Virus record (IMG/VR): IMGVR_UViG_3300034117_002447
Span: 124,001 to 188,000 of that record
Direction: 5' to 3' (one strand)
DNA: 64,000 nt
Positions 55,924 to 64,000 of the stretch are shown here, in pieces. Numbering within the stretch: the first letter of the stretch is position 1; the number at the start of each line of letters is the position of its first letter. Made by a program: the position numbers and the translations under genes. Under the pieces are notes generated by a model. The model saw nothing but the letters and a program-made list of their open reading frames with translations, did no database searches and was not told the DNA's origin.

Positions 55924-56553
55924 TTAAAAGTATTCAGTTAATCGGTCTACCATTTCCGGATTTTTAGTTAAAACAGCTTCCTTTAACATTTTACGAGCTT
56001 TTCGTATTTTGGTTTTAACTGTATTTAGATTCATTGCATATTTCTCAGCAATTTCATTACCTCGCATGTGATGTAATTCCTTGTCAATTAGGATAAATTT
56101 TTCAATACAGTCAGGGAGCCCGTTTAATTCAGAAGTAGTCATGGTGTAGAGAGAGTCCATGTAAATCTCTTTTTCGAAAGTACTTACTGACTCGTCTGGT
56201 AAATTTAGAGGTTTTGCTAAATTGTCAATGCTGGTTGCGTATTGAACTTTTAACTTATGTTGGTGGAGTAGGGCTTCGTTTTTAGCGATAGTATAGATCC
56301 ACGTAGTGAACCTATAACTATCGCTGTATGAAGCAAGTCCCTTAAAGATTTTAAATAGCGTATTATGTAAAACCTCATCCGTCTCATCTGGGTCATTAAA
56401 AAACTTCCAAATGAAGTATTTTAGTTTGGGATACATTATTGAAGCTAGTCGATTTCTGTCTCTTTCCGTGTATTTGCCAGATTTAATAAGCTCCGCAAGG
56501 CTCTGCATTTCGTCATTTAGCTGCTTGTTAATTAAGTCGTACGCGCTCATCAA
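55924..56553 (-). CDS. ECF-type RNA polymerase sigma factor
   Basis: DEVLHNTLFKIF...FTTWIYTIAKNE; region 4 EIAEKYAMNLNTVKTKIRKARKML. Confidence 0.9.
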   Translation of the reverse strand: MMSAYDLINKQLNDEMQSLAELIKSGKYTERDRNRLASIMYPKLKYFIWKFFNDPDETDEVLHNTLFKIFKGLASYSDSYRFTTWIYTIAKNEALLHQHKLKVQYATSIDNLAKPLNLPDESVSTFEKEIYMDSLYTMTTSELNGLPDCIEKFILIDKELHHMRGNEIAEKYAMNLNTVKTKIRKARKMLKEAVLTKNPEMVDRLTEYF

Positions 56554-56562
56554 GTATTTTAG

Positions 56563-57276
56563 TTAAAAGTGTTTGGGATTATTTGCTTTCCATTTCTCGT
56601 ATCGATCCGTGATCTGTATTAAAATCTTATTTCGGACAATATCCTCATCTCTAAATTGGTGAATAGCCAATCCATTAATCCCATTTAATAGAGAAATAAA
56701 CTCCGGTAAAGCTACTTTACTCTTTGCGATGTCATATTGGCTAACATCGCCACAAATTAATACTTTTGAATCTTTACCCATTCGAGTAATGAAAAGCATA
56801 AGTTGTTTGAAATCAGCATTTTGTGCCTCATCCAATATCATTAAACAATTATCGAAGGTTGCTCCTCTCATATAGGCAAGAGGTCTAAATTCAATAACTC
56901 CCATGGCTTCAAGCCATCCCACATTATTCGGATCATTTAGTAATTTTACCAAATTTGATCGATAACTTTCCATAAATGGATCAATTTTATCCTTTATTTC
57001 GCCAGGTAAAAACCCAAGCTTCTCGCCGGACTCTTGAATCGGTTTTGAAAGAATAATCTTTTTAATTTTTCCGCCCATGTAAAGCTTTAGTGCGGCTAGG
57101 CAAGCAGTAAACGTTTTACTGGTACCAGCTGGGCCGTAGCAAAACGTAATGTCATTCGAAATAATCTTGTCTAGATACTCTCCTTGCGAATTTTTTAAAC
57201 TGATTTGACGTAAGTCTTTTTCATTTAACTCAATTTTTGTTATTTGCGGTTTTTTCCTAACTTGTCTTTCTGCCAT
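56563..57276 (-). CDS. phoH: PhoH-like ATPase
   Basis: GPAGTSKT, LGFLPG, PLAYMRGATF, ILDEAQN, GDVSQ.D, DIVRN. Confidence 0.95.
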   Translation of the reverse strand: MAERQVRKKPQITKIELNEKDLRQISLKNSQGEYLDKIISNDITFCYGPAGTSKTFTACLAALKLYMGGKIKKIILSKPIQESGEKLGFLPGEIKDKIDPFMESYRSNLVKLLNDPNNVGWLEAMGVIEFRPLAYMRGATFDNCLMILDEAQNADFKQLMLFITRMGKDSKVLICGDVSQYDIAKSKVALPEFISLLNGINGLAIHQFRDEDIVRNKILIQITDRYEKWKANNPKHF

Positions 57277-57568
57277 TTGATTTTGTTTTTTTATTTGGAG
57301 ACTGAATCTTGGCCAATAGAGTTTGACACTTTGAGCAAGACTCGTAGTCTTCAATCTGTTTGTAAAAATTTAGTGCTTTAGTTAAGCAGTCTGGCCAATC
57401 TTTTTCTTGGGCAATTACATCGACCTTTTCGTCGATGATAGTTAACTCTCGAATAAAGATTTTAGGTAGTTTACTTTCGTGAGCTTCTTGAATATGAGAA
57501 ACTACTATATCGAATATTTGTTTCTTGTTTCCTTCGTAATCGAAGTTGATTAGCATGTCGTATCTCAT
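57257..57568 (-). CDS. Small protein with C-terminal UVR-like EDYESC motif
   Basis: ALNFYKQIEDYESCSKCQTL. Confidence 0.7.
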   Translation of the reverse strand: MRYDMLINFDYEGNKKQIFDIVVSHIQEAHESKLPKIFIRELTIIDEKVDVIAQEKDWPDCLTKALNFYKQIEDYESCSKCQTLLAKIQSPNKKTKSNGRKTS

Positions 57569-59523
57569 CCGCCATTATTGTTATTTCCGTAAAACTGAGA
57601 GAGTAAATTACGGTATTGGTCAACCGTATTTTCATCAAACCGTTTAGTTGCTCCAGGTTTTTTTATTGCTGGAGTTGCATTTAATTCTCTAAGAGCCCCA
57701 TAATCATATCCGTTTGAGGAACTAATATAGGTTTCTCCAAGAAAATCGGCGTACACTTTTTCCAAGTAGTCTTTAGGTAATCTGTCAAGTTCTTCATTAA
57801 CGAGTTCCCAGAAATTCGGAGATTCAAAGAATGCTGCAGTTGAAACGCATGTCATTGCCAAGTCGTCATTGCCGTTTTGGCTTCTATATGTTCCATTTGA
57901 AGATTTTCCAAATGCACCAAGTTCATGAACTGTTTTAAATTCGTTAGGAAGAATTTTATTAACTGCGGCTAGGTACTTGAAACGTTCGCAATATTTTGAT
58001 TTATTCGTCTCAGTCATCTTTAAACCGGGTTTCCAGTTAGTTGAAGAGATTGTATGTTTTGAATGTATTAATTGGCCGGGCCAAAAAAGTTCGTTCTGCT
58101 GTATTTTGTCCATTACATAATCCCCTTTATGGTCTAACTCAATTAAGAGTCTGACTTTTTCAGGATTAAACAAGGAGTACGTTAAGTATTCCAGAACATT
58201 AGTGAATTCATTAATATCCTTTTTATTTGATCTGAACGAGGCTACTTGAACCAGTCCAAAAAAGTCGCCTTCATTTTTAATAAAGTCCTTAACTTGGTCA
58301 AGCATTCGATACGGTAGAGCAGTCAATTTAAAAATATTAATAACTGAGTAATCACGACCTACGCCAGACGCGGTATCGACTGAGAATATGTACATATTAC
58401 CGTCATTGCGGATATCATCAGGGGTTAACTTGCTAAAGTTAGGATGAACTGAGAAGCCATCTAATAGATTCATATTGTCTGGAGCTTGCGCCCATTCTGG
58501 GGTGACGTATGTCGTCCTGAACGTAAATATCTTTCTAAGATCCTTGGAAGGCAGTAATAGTTTATCCGAAGAGAAGAATTGCAGCCCGTATTCCTGATTA
58601 AAATCTTCTTCTGATCCTAGGTTGGCAATAGTCATCTGCTTCCATGCGTCGTCTCTGCCTGGAACTTGCCACCAGTCAACTCGTAGCGGAACGTAAGTAT
58701 TATCCCCATTCAGTGCATCCATGTAGATTTCGTAGAAACGGTTCATTCCATTCGGAGTGGATGTTATAATAATCTTGGAATTTGAGGAGGCTGAGATCGT
58801 CGGATAGATTGCTCGATAGAAGAAGTCCAAGTAAGATGGATTAATATGGGCGAACTCATCAATGTACAGTACGTGAATTGTAAAACCAATACCTGTATTT
58901 TTCGTAGTTGTTCTACCGATCAAACGACAGCCGTTGTCGAACTTAAGTGACATTACGTTATTTGAAATACATCCAGGTTTTAGAAAGAACGGTAAGTTTT
59001 CAAGTACCGATTTAATTTTATCTAATACCTCTTTAGTAGTTGATGCAATATTCGCTACAGCTAATACGTTTTTATCAGTATGAAAAATTAGGTACCATGC
59101 AATAAATACACCCGACATTACAGTCTTACCGATCTGGCGACTTGCCATTAGGCAGTTAAAGCGATTATTCTTAAATGATTTAATAATCTCTTCCTGATAA
59201 TCCCTTAGTGTAATTTGTTGAATTCCGTCTTCCGTCATTACTTGGGCGTATTTGGAAGCGAAATAAACTGGATCAGCTTTACACTTCTTTAATTCCTCAA
59301 GCTCTTCGGGTGTGTATTCAAAAACAATATTAGCTTTTTTCCAAACTGGATCATTGTCCTTAAAAGGAGAGTTTCGGATTGTCTTAATATCAATTACCCC
59401 ATTTTCAAAATCATCGAGTAATTGTTGTATCTTAACGGTTGTCCAAATTGCGCTATTCTCTTGATCGAGATTGGACAATTTCATTTGGGTTCTACCGCCG
59501 CTGTTTGCTATAAAATCTTTCAT
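57565..59523 (-). CDS. terL: Terminase large subunit (T4 gp17-like)
   Basis: LRDYQ, ASRQIGKT, LYIDEFAH, ITSTPNG, VDTASGVGRDYS, DDLAMT. Confidence 0.96.
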   Translation of the reverse strand: MKDFIANSGGRTQMKLSNLDQENSAIWTTVKIQQLLDDFENGVIDIKTIRNSPFKDNDPVWKKANIVFEYTPEELEELKKCKADPVYFASKYAQVMTEDGIQQITLRDYQEEIIKSFKNNRFNCLMASRQIGKTVMSGVFIAWYLIFHTDKNVLAVANIASTTKEVLDKIKSVLENLPFFLKPGCISNNVMSLKFDNGCRLIGRTTTKNTGIGFTIHVLYIDEFAHINPSYLDFFYRAIYPTISASSNSKIIITSTPNGMNRFYEIYMDALNGDNTYVPLRVDWWQVPGRDDAWKQMTIANLGSEEDFNQEYGLQFFSSDKLLLPSKDLRKIFTFRTTYVTPEWAQAPDNMNLLDGFSVHPNFSKLTPDDIRNDGNMYIFSVDTASGVGRDYSVINIFKLTALPYRMLDQVKDFIKNEGDFFGLVQVASFRSNKKDINEFTNVLEYLTYSLFNPEKVRLLIELDHKGDYVMDKIQQNELFWPGQLIHSKHTISSTNWKPGLKMTETNKSKYCERFKYLAAVNKILPNEFKTVHELGAFGKSSNGTYRSQNGNDDLAMTCVSTAAFFESPNFWELVNEELDRLPKDYLEKVYADFLGETYISSSNGYDYGALRELNATPAIKKPGATKRFDENTVDQYRNLLSQFYGNNNNGG

Positions 59524-60263
59524 ATTAACGAATTGACGTCTCCAGAAAAGTCTTCACCATCTTCTTCCTCGATGATTACGTTAGATAATCCTCTTTCCAG
59601 CATGACTTCTGTTTTTTTCGATGGATGAGTTAGGTGTCGAGAATCTGAATCGTCATCTTCTATCTCAATTGCGTCAATTTCTTTAATTAAATTTTTTGTA
59701 CCTGCGGTTATGTAATAGTCAGATGTGCTGGTAGGAAGGGCTCGACTGGTAGTTCCACCGCCGGATTCTCTCTGTTCAACATCTTGATTTACTTTCTTAT
59801 ACGTATCCTCTAGGAATAGCATGTAATTTGCTTGAGTTTTTACAACTGAGGTTAACTTGTCCTGTAATTGCCCAAACACCTCAAACAGTCTAGGGTGAGT
59901 GTTTCCTTGATTAATTTCTTCAGCAATTTTTTCAATTGCCATTCTGATAGTTTTTAACTGAAAGAAGATATTTTGAATACTTGAATTGTCTAGGATCTGT
60001 TTCTGCTTTACGTATTCATGTTTCTCAAGTACGCCAAGATCGACGTAGAACTTAAGCATTGAATTTGTGATATTCTTTGCCTGCTTTTCAAATTCAGAAT
60101 TCATTTCAATAAAGTCTAATGGAGGAGCTGCTGCGATTTCCGCAAGCTGATCGTCTATATTATCTTCATCGTGATTTGGTCCACCTGAATAGGTGCTCAA
60201 TAGAGACTCAAGCTCTCCCTTGATTTGAGCCTTCTTTTCTTTGGAGAATACTGGTCCAGCCAT
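59520..60263 (-). CDS. terS: Probable terminase small subunit
   Basis: HPRLFEVFGQL resembles the T4-like gp16 PRAYEV motif; directly upstream of terL. Confidence 0.6.
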   Translation of the reverse strand: MAGPVFSKEKKAQIKGELESLLSTYSGGPNHDEDNIDDQLAEIAAAPPLDFIEMNSEFEKQAKNITNSMLKFYVDLGVLEKHEYVKQKQILDNSSIQNIFFQLKTIRMAIEKIAEEINQGNTHPRLFEVFGQLQDKLTSVVKTQANYMLFLEDTYKKVNQDVEQRESGGGTTSRALPTSTSDYYITAGTKNLIKEIDAIEIEDDDSDSRHLTHPSKKTEVMLERGLSNVIIEEEDGEDFSGDVNSLI

Positions 60264-60266
60264 ACA

Positions 60267-60512
60267 TTAGTTTAGTCGATTTTCATTCTTATCTAGCGCT
60301 GGATTAGCGAAGATCTTGATTTGCTTAACTGCCTCAATATGCTCATACATATAAGCTTCTAAATAGGCAATGAACTCATCTAAGACTGGATTTGCTCCAA
60401 ACATTTGATTCGAAAGGACTCGCTTCATTAGGGCATCTTTGTATTTGTAACCTAGATGAAGACGTTGGTCTTTTCTATTATACACTGTTTGGTATAGAGA
60501 GTTTCTTATCAT
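60267..60512 (-). CDS. Hypothetical late protein
   Basis: 81-aa ORF coupled to baseplate gene. Confidence 0.75.
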   Translation of the reverse strand: MIRNSLYQTVYNRKDQRLHLGYKYKDALMKRVLSNQMFGANPVLDEFIAYLEAYMYEHIEAVKQIKIFANPALDKNENRLN

Positions 60513-62203
60513 AGTATGCCAGTATTTTTACGAACTACTTGTGCTTTAATTTGAATATTTAATGCACCTAATCCAGTATCGGAAAGGCCTTCAGCGTATG
60601 AGTTTCCTTGGCTGTCTTTCCAACCTCCTCGTAATACTGGGAATTCGTCTAGCCCAATAACAATATCGTTAAAGTCGTCAAGTCCAATAATCGAAGTAGA
60701 AGACGGGTTGGTTATTTTATCAAGCTCGTTAAGTTCACTTACGACATTAACGTTAACTGAGTCAACTCCATTAATTGCTTCAATTACTGAAATAAGATCA
60801 CTCTTTGGTACACGGTCATGTCTTTTTAATTTAATAAAGTAGTTACCGATGGCGTCCGCTATATCAGACTTAACAATGTCAGTAGAAACATCGTCAAACA
60901 TAATGATACTTACGTTTAGTGCGTACCTACTTATCTTAGGATCAAGTATTTTTAGATCAGACGAAATCATTTTTGTACCTGATTTTTCAATGTACTTCAT
61001 TAACTCATTTTTCTGGAATGTTGTTAACTTAAAGTTACTTAACGGTAAGTTAAAGTAGTCAGTTCCATTATTAAACATTTGAGATACGTCTGGCACTAGG
61101 AATAAGTTAATCATTCTGGAATCTAGAATATTACCGTTTGCGTCCTGATCAAGGAATACTTTTATGGTTGAGAACATTTGCATCTTCTGCAAAAGAACTT
61201 CATAGTTATCAATATTTACTAGGGCAAAATTCTTTGAGGCTTTTGGCGCAATTAGTCTAGTTAAGTTAGGATCCTCCGGGTCAACTCCAAAATTTGGAGG
61301 ACTTACTGTTACGATTGAAAAATAGTCATTCATTAAGATTTCTTCCCCAATTGGAGAGAATCCAGTATCAGTAAAAGTAAATTGTACTTGTCTTGGGTCG
61401 TCTACTTTTACGTTTCCGAAAGCGCCGTCCGTATTTAAGTATTCAACGACGATAGTTGATCCAGTATTAGGAATCTTTCCAAATGAGCCGTTTCCAAAAT
61501 AGATGTCTAATCCATTTGTAATACCGGTTTTAGCAAGAAAGCATTTTCCGCCTCTTGGCATATCCAAAAGAGACTCGTATTTTTGCCATTTTTCACCATT
61601 TATATAAACGTTTACCATGAAATTATCTAGGTAAAAATTGTTAGGAGCTCCCATTTGATAACTCTCAAAAGGAATTCCCTTTGCCGTAAATGTTTGTGAT
61701 TCGATTTGACCTTGTCTAATACTAAAAATAGCAGGAGTTTCTGTTCCAGTCAAGGCAAGTCTAACCTCTTCTTGCGTTAACTCAATTGCGTAAGTTAAGC
61801 CGTTATTTGCACAGGTGATTCTAAATAAATTATTGATTACGACCTTTGAGGCAGTAGGCTTTATTCCAGTTTTTCTGATTACTCTAATTTGACCAGTTGC
61901 ACCGACTGCTCTGCTTGGATTGTGTCCAGCTAGGGTAGCTAGTGAATAGATTGATGAAACTCTACTTGCCTCATTGATATTTAGCTCTGTGATTGAATCT
62001 TCAATGTAATAAAAGATAAGTTGACTCAAGTTCTCAACTACGATCAATAACTGACCGAATGGAGAAGCCGCGGTGAATACTGAGCGACTCTGTTTAAAAG
62101 TAGTTTGTAAGAACTGGATACTCTCACTAAGAATATCGCGAACTCGTATGCGAAGACTGGTGAACAGCCTGAGGTTTGTATTTTGATTAGTAAGACCTGC
62201 CAT
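60509..62203 (-). CDS. Baseplate wedge subunit (T4 gp6-like)
   Basis: SIYSLATLAGHNPSRA, IYFGNGSFGKIP..G..IVVEYL.TDG..GN, APK. Confidence 0.85.
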   Translation of the reverse strand: MAGLTNQNTNLRLFTSLRIRVRDILSESIQFLQTTFKQSRSVFTAASPFGQLLIVVENLSQLIFYYIEDSITELNINEASRVSSIYSLATLAGHNPSRAVGATGQIRVIRKTGIKPTASKVVINNLFRITCANNGLTYAIELTQEEVRLALTGTETPAIFSIRQGQIESQTFTAKGIPFESYQMGAPNNFYLDNFMVNVYINGEKWQKYESLLDMPRGGKCFLAKTGITNGLDIYFGNGSFGKIPNTGSTIVVEYLNTDGAFGNVKVDDPRQVQFTFTDTGFSPIGEEILMNDYFSIVTVSPPNFGVDPEDPNLTRLIAPKASKNFALVNIDNYEVLLQKMQMFSTIKVFLDQDANGNILDSRMINLFLVPDVSQMFNNGTDYFNLPLSNFKLTTFQKNELMKYIEKSGTKMISSDLKILDPKISRYALNVSIIMFDDVSTDIVKSDIADAIGNYFIKLKRHDRVPKSDLISVIEAINGVDSVNVNVVSELNELDKITNPSSTSIIGLDDFNDIVIGLDEFPVLRGGWKDSQGNSYAEGLSDTGLGALNIQIKAQVVRKNTGIL

Positions 62204-62299
62204 TTAAAGTGTGACTTCTTTTAGGTTATTTATCAGTTGAGTAAAACGTTTATGAAGGGAAGCCTTTTGATAAATAAAGGAGTATAATAACATTATTAT

Positions 62300-62666
62300 G
62301 GGGATGACCGGATTTGACAGGAATTATCGGTTACACCTGCACGCCGAGGAAGATGCTAAGACTCGTTAAAATGTATTAAAACTATAAGTGGCAACACTAA
62401 TTTCTGGAGTCTAGTTAACGAAAGCGTTAACGCTCCTGTTACTGAAGAGCTTTTAGCTGCATAAGTGACCAAGCGGCAACTGCTTGACTAACCCAAAGTT
62501 GCAAAACCAGCATGGCGTAACGGCCAAGTCGAACCGTTACCGACTTTAGCTTTAAGTCGTTAAAGAATAAGATATTTGGTCCAGTTAGAAAATGGGACTA
62601 AGCGTGTAAACGAAGGTCTAATTAGAGGTTTTTTGGACGAGGGTTCGAATCCCTCCATCTCCACCA
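62300..62666 (+). ncRNA. ssrA: tmRNA; predicted tag (A)GNTNFWSLVNESVNAPVTEELLAA* at 62390-62464
   Basis: 5' GGGGATG / 3' CATCTCC-A-CCA with G3.U70; GATTTGAC; T-arm GAGGG-TTCGAAT-CCCTC; GCACGC/GCGTGT pairing; tag ends LAA. Confidence 0.95.
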
Positions 62667-62672
62667 CTTCGT

Positions 62673-62702
62673 AAAAGCCAGTCTCTAGGGATTGGCTTTT
62701 TT
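62673..62702 (+). terminator. Intrinsic terminator after tmRNA
   Basis: aaaagccagtc-tctagg-gattggctttttt. Confidence 0.85.
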
Positions 62703-62760
62703 GGTAATGGTAGAATTGAATAATGTCTGATAAATAATTAGAAATTCAGTTTTACAATAA

Positions 62761-64000
62761 ATGGCAAATGGAGTAAAGTATTCTACTGGCTCAACCCCAG
62801 CAGGTTGCCTTAGAAAGGGCAATATGTTACTCGCGGTCGGGCAGCAAGATTACGGGACGTCCTTTTATTCGGGAGTTAATCCACCGGCTGGCGGATACAC
62901 GATTTACGTTAATAAGGCAACTTCTGGTCCAAGCATACACTGCCCTCGAACTGATGCTGAACTGATTAGATTAACTAATCAAATCGCTGGAGCAAATTAC
63001 ACAACAACAAGTCAGTGCTTTAGCTATTTAGCCTCGCAATCGGATAAGATAATAGTCGATTTAGCGTATCCTGATATTGCGACCTCTGGTTTACTTTTAA
63101 AGTTAGACTCAAGTTTTACAGCGTCATATCCTAAAACTGGAACTACTTGGTATGACATAAGCGGAAATAGTTCAAATGGAGTAATTTATAATGGCCCAAT
63201 ATGGAATTCGAATGGGTATTTTGAATTTGATGGGATCGATGACTATGTTGATACAAATAAAACTTTTCAATTTACTAGAGACAGTCAATTTTCAGTTTGT
63301 GGATTTATAAACATTAGAGATCATAAATCTAGAGCAAGCGCTGCTGCTGGTATTATAGGAAAGGGCCATTGGTACTCTAATAGTTGGGATGTTTGGTTAA
63401 GTAACGATAATCGAATTTACTTTGAAACTAATGGAAATAGTAATCCAAATAACGTTCATTTCCTATATAGTGATCCGTTAACAATAGACCGCTGGTATTT
63501 CTTCACCGCTATATATGAAAATGGTAGGAAACTTCTCTATCTCAACCACTCTCAATATGAAAACTTTGATGGAGGAGTCGGTGATTTCACGAACAATAAT
63601 TCTGTATTAATTTCTAGGCGATATGATGACGTATATAGAAGCTTAATGGGATACGGGGCTAACTACTCAATATACGATAGGCAACTAGAGGAAACTGAAG
63701 TATTTCAAAACTATTACGGTGGAAATATTGCGCTAGACGGATTAGTCTTATCCGTAGATGGTGCAAATATTGTTTCTTATCCCGGAACCGGTTCTACTTG
63801 GTACGATATGACTCAAAGTGAGTACTCTGTTACTAATTGCAATATACAAAAGAGTAAAAATAACTACTATTCCTTATGGAGTAATGGAAATGACGCTGAT
63901 GTTGCATCTTCCCCAATTCTAAACAATGACTATCATTCGGTAGAACTTCTGCTAATGTTTAAAGGCTCAGCGACCTATCCAAACGGATACACTGGCAGTT
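62761..64000 (+). CDS. LamG/ConA-like domain fibre protein (runs off window end; absent from ORF track)
   Basis: ATG 62761, open to end; YPKTGTTWYDISGN, FEFDGIDDYV, WYFFTAIY, repeated SYPGTGSTWYD; late box at 62730. Confidence 0.85.
   Translation, partial: MANGVKYSTGSTPAGCLRKGNMLLAVGQQDYGTSFYSGVNPPAGGYTIYVNKATSGPSIHCPRTDAELIRLTNQIAGANYTTTSQCFSYLASQSDKIIVDLAYPDIATSGLLLKLDSSFTASYPKTGTTWYDISGNSSNGVIYNGPIWNSNGYFEFDGIDDYVDTNKTFQFTRDSQFSVCGFINIRDHKSRASAAAGIIGKGHWYSNSWDVWLSNDNRIYFETNGNSNPNNVHFLYSDPLTIDRWYFFTAIYENGRKLLYLNHSQYENFDGGVGDFTNNNSVLISRRYDDVYRSLMGYGANYSIYDRQLEETEVFQNYYGGNIALDGLVLSVDGANIVSYPGTGSTWYDMTQSEYSVTNCNIQKSKNNYYSLWSNGNDADVASSPILNNDYHSVELLLMFKGSATYPNGYTGS

Larger units (their letters stand above)
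236..62289. promoter_or_regulatory. Second promoter class TAGTATAAT(AA) (-10-like)
   Basis: - strand: 236, 4504, 11787, 14062, 28941, 31321, 34137, 37892, 39045, 45678; + strand: 16459, 62281; sits just upstream of mainly metabolic/repair genes. Confidence 0.75.
8671..62737. promoter_or_regulatory. Late promoter motif ATAAATAA (T4 TATAAATA-like), at least 18 copies
   Basis: + strand: 8672, 9901, 11806, 14080, 15759, 18277, 21441, 24190, 29756, 31377, 62270, 62730; - strand: 18258, 41095, 43388, 47540, 51564, 55407, 62226; each about 5-50 nt upstream of a co-oriented start. Confidence 0.8.

Noticed and set aside
57565-59523. Intein or group I intron in terminase or thyA
   Set aside because: Continuous ORFs without C...HN splice motifs or homing endonuclease signatures
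591-61058. Numerous antisense or nested ORFs in the track (e.g. 591-821, 1235-1519, 5482-5856, 8277-8498, 16069-16347, 20809-21177, 38192-38518)
   Set aside because: They overlap well-supported genes on the opposite strand or lie in repeat DNA, and lack promoter boxes or recognisable motifs
1-64000. Stop-codon reassignment (code 15 or 4), as seen in some large Bacteroidetes phages
   Set aside because: Long conserved genes (terL, ligase, thyA, wedge) are uninterrupted in code 11, and genes end at TAA and TAG at expected positions
1-64000. CRISPR array or mini-array
   Set aside because: No equal-length repeats separated by unique 30-40-nt spacers; the 8.1-8.5 kb repeats are short and irregularly spaced
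62761-64000. Diversity-generating retroelement target in the LamG fibre
   Set aside because: No reverse transcriptase and no template/variable repeat pair visible in the window

Overview
64-kb segment of a large, AT-rich, T4-like myovirus (probably a jumbo phage) infecting a Bacteroidetes host, standard genetic code. Host evidence: Bacteroidetes-type RpoD homologues, TAnnTTTG-type early promoters, no Shine-Dalgarno sites, DUF3127/DUF4494 genes, and a tmRNA tag starting with Gly. Layout: (1) 1-8100, minus-strand early region of small promoter-gene modules with two RpoD-like sigma factors and an atypical 108-nt tRNA-like RNA; (2) 8100-9900, GC-rich repeat/non-coding zone and a histone-H1-like gene; (3) 9900-45700, accessory mosaic of late genes (many starting with a T4 capsid-targeting-like [FY]xx[FW]xxE motif) interleaved with metabolism and repair genes (thyA, gmk, ligase, uvsE, mutM, exonucleases, HDAC, GNAT-like protein, patatin, NucA, DUF2589 pair, FkbM-MBD4-glycosyltransferase operon); (4) 45700-62200, virion/packaging operon (hub-assembly proteins, ECF sigma, phoH, terL, terS, baseplate wedge); (5) a tmRNA with an unusually long tag and a LamG fibre gene running off the end. 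Main candidates for undescribed biology: the cohort of about 15 putatively capsid-packaged cargo proteins; a tRNA-like RNA whose anticodon arm may be replaced by a pseudoknot; a tmRNA tag carrying the same FxxLVNES motif; three sigma factors alongside three promoter classes; a putative DNA-hypermodification operon; a DUF2589/DUF2589-PGBD/Zn-finger module; and a candidate -1 frameshift in a structural gene. All family assignments come from recognising motifs by eye, not from database searches.
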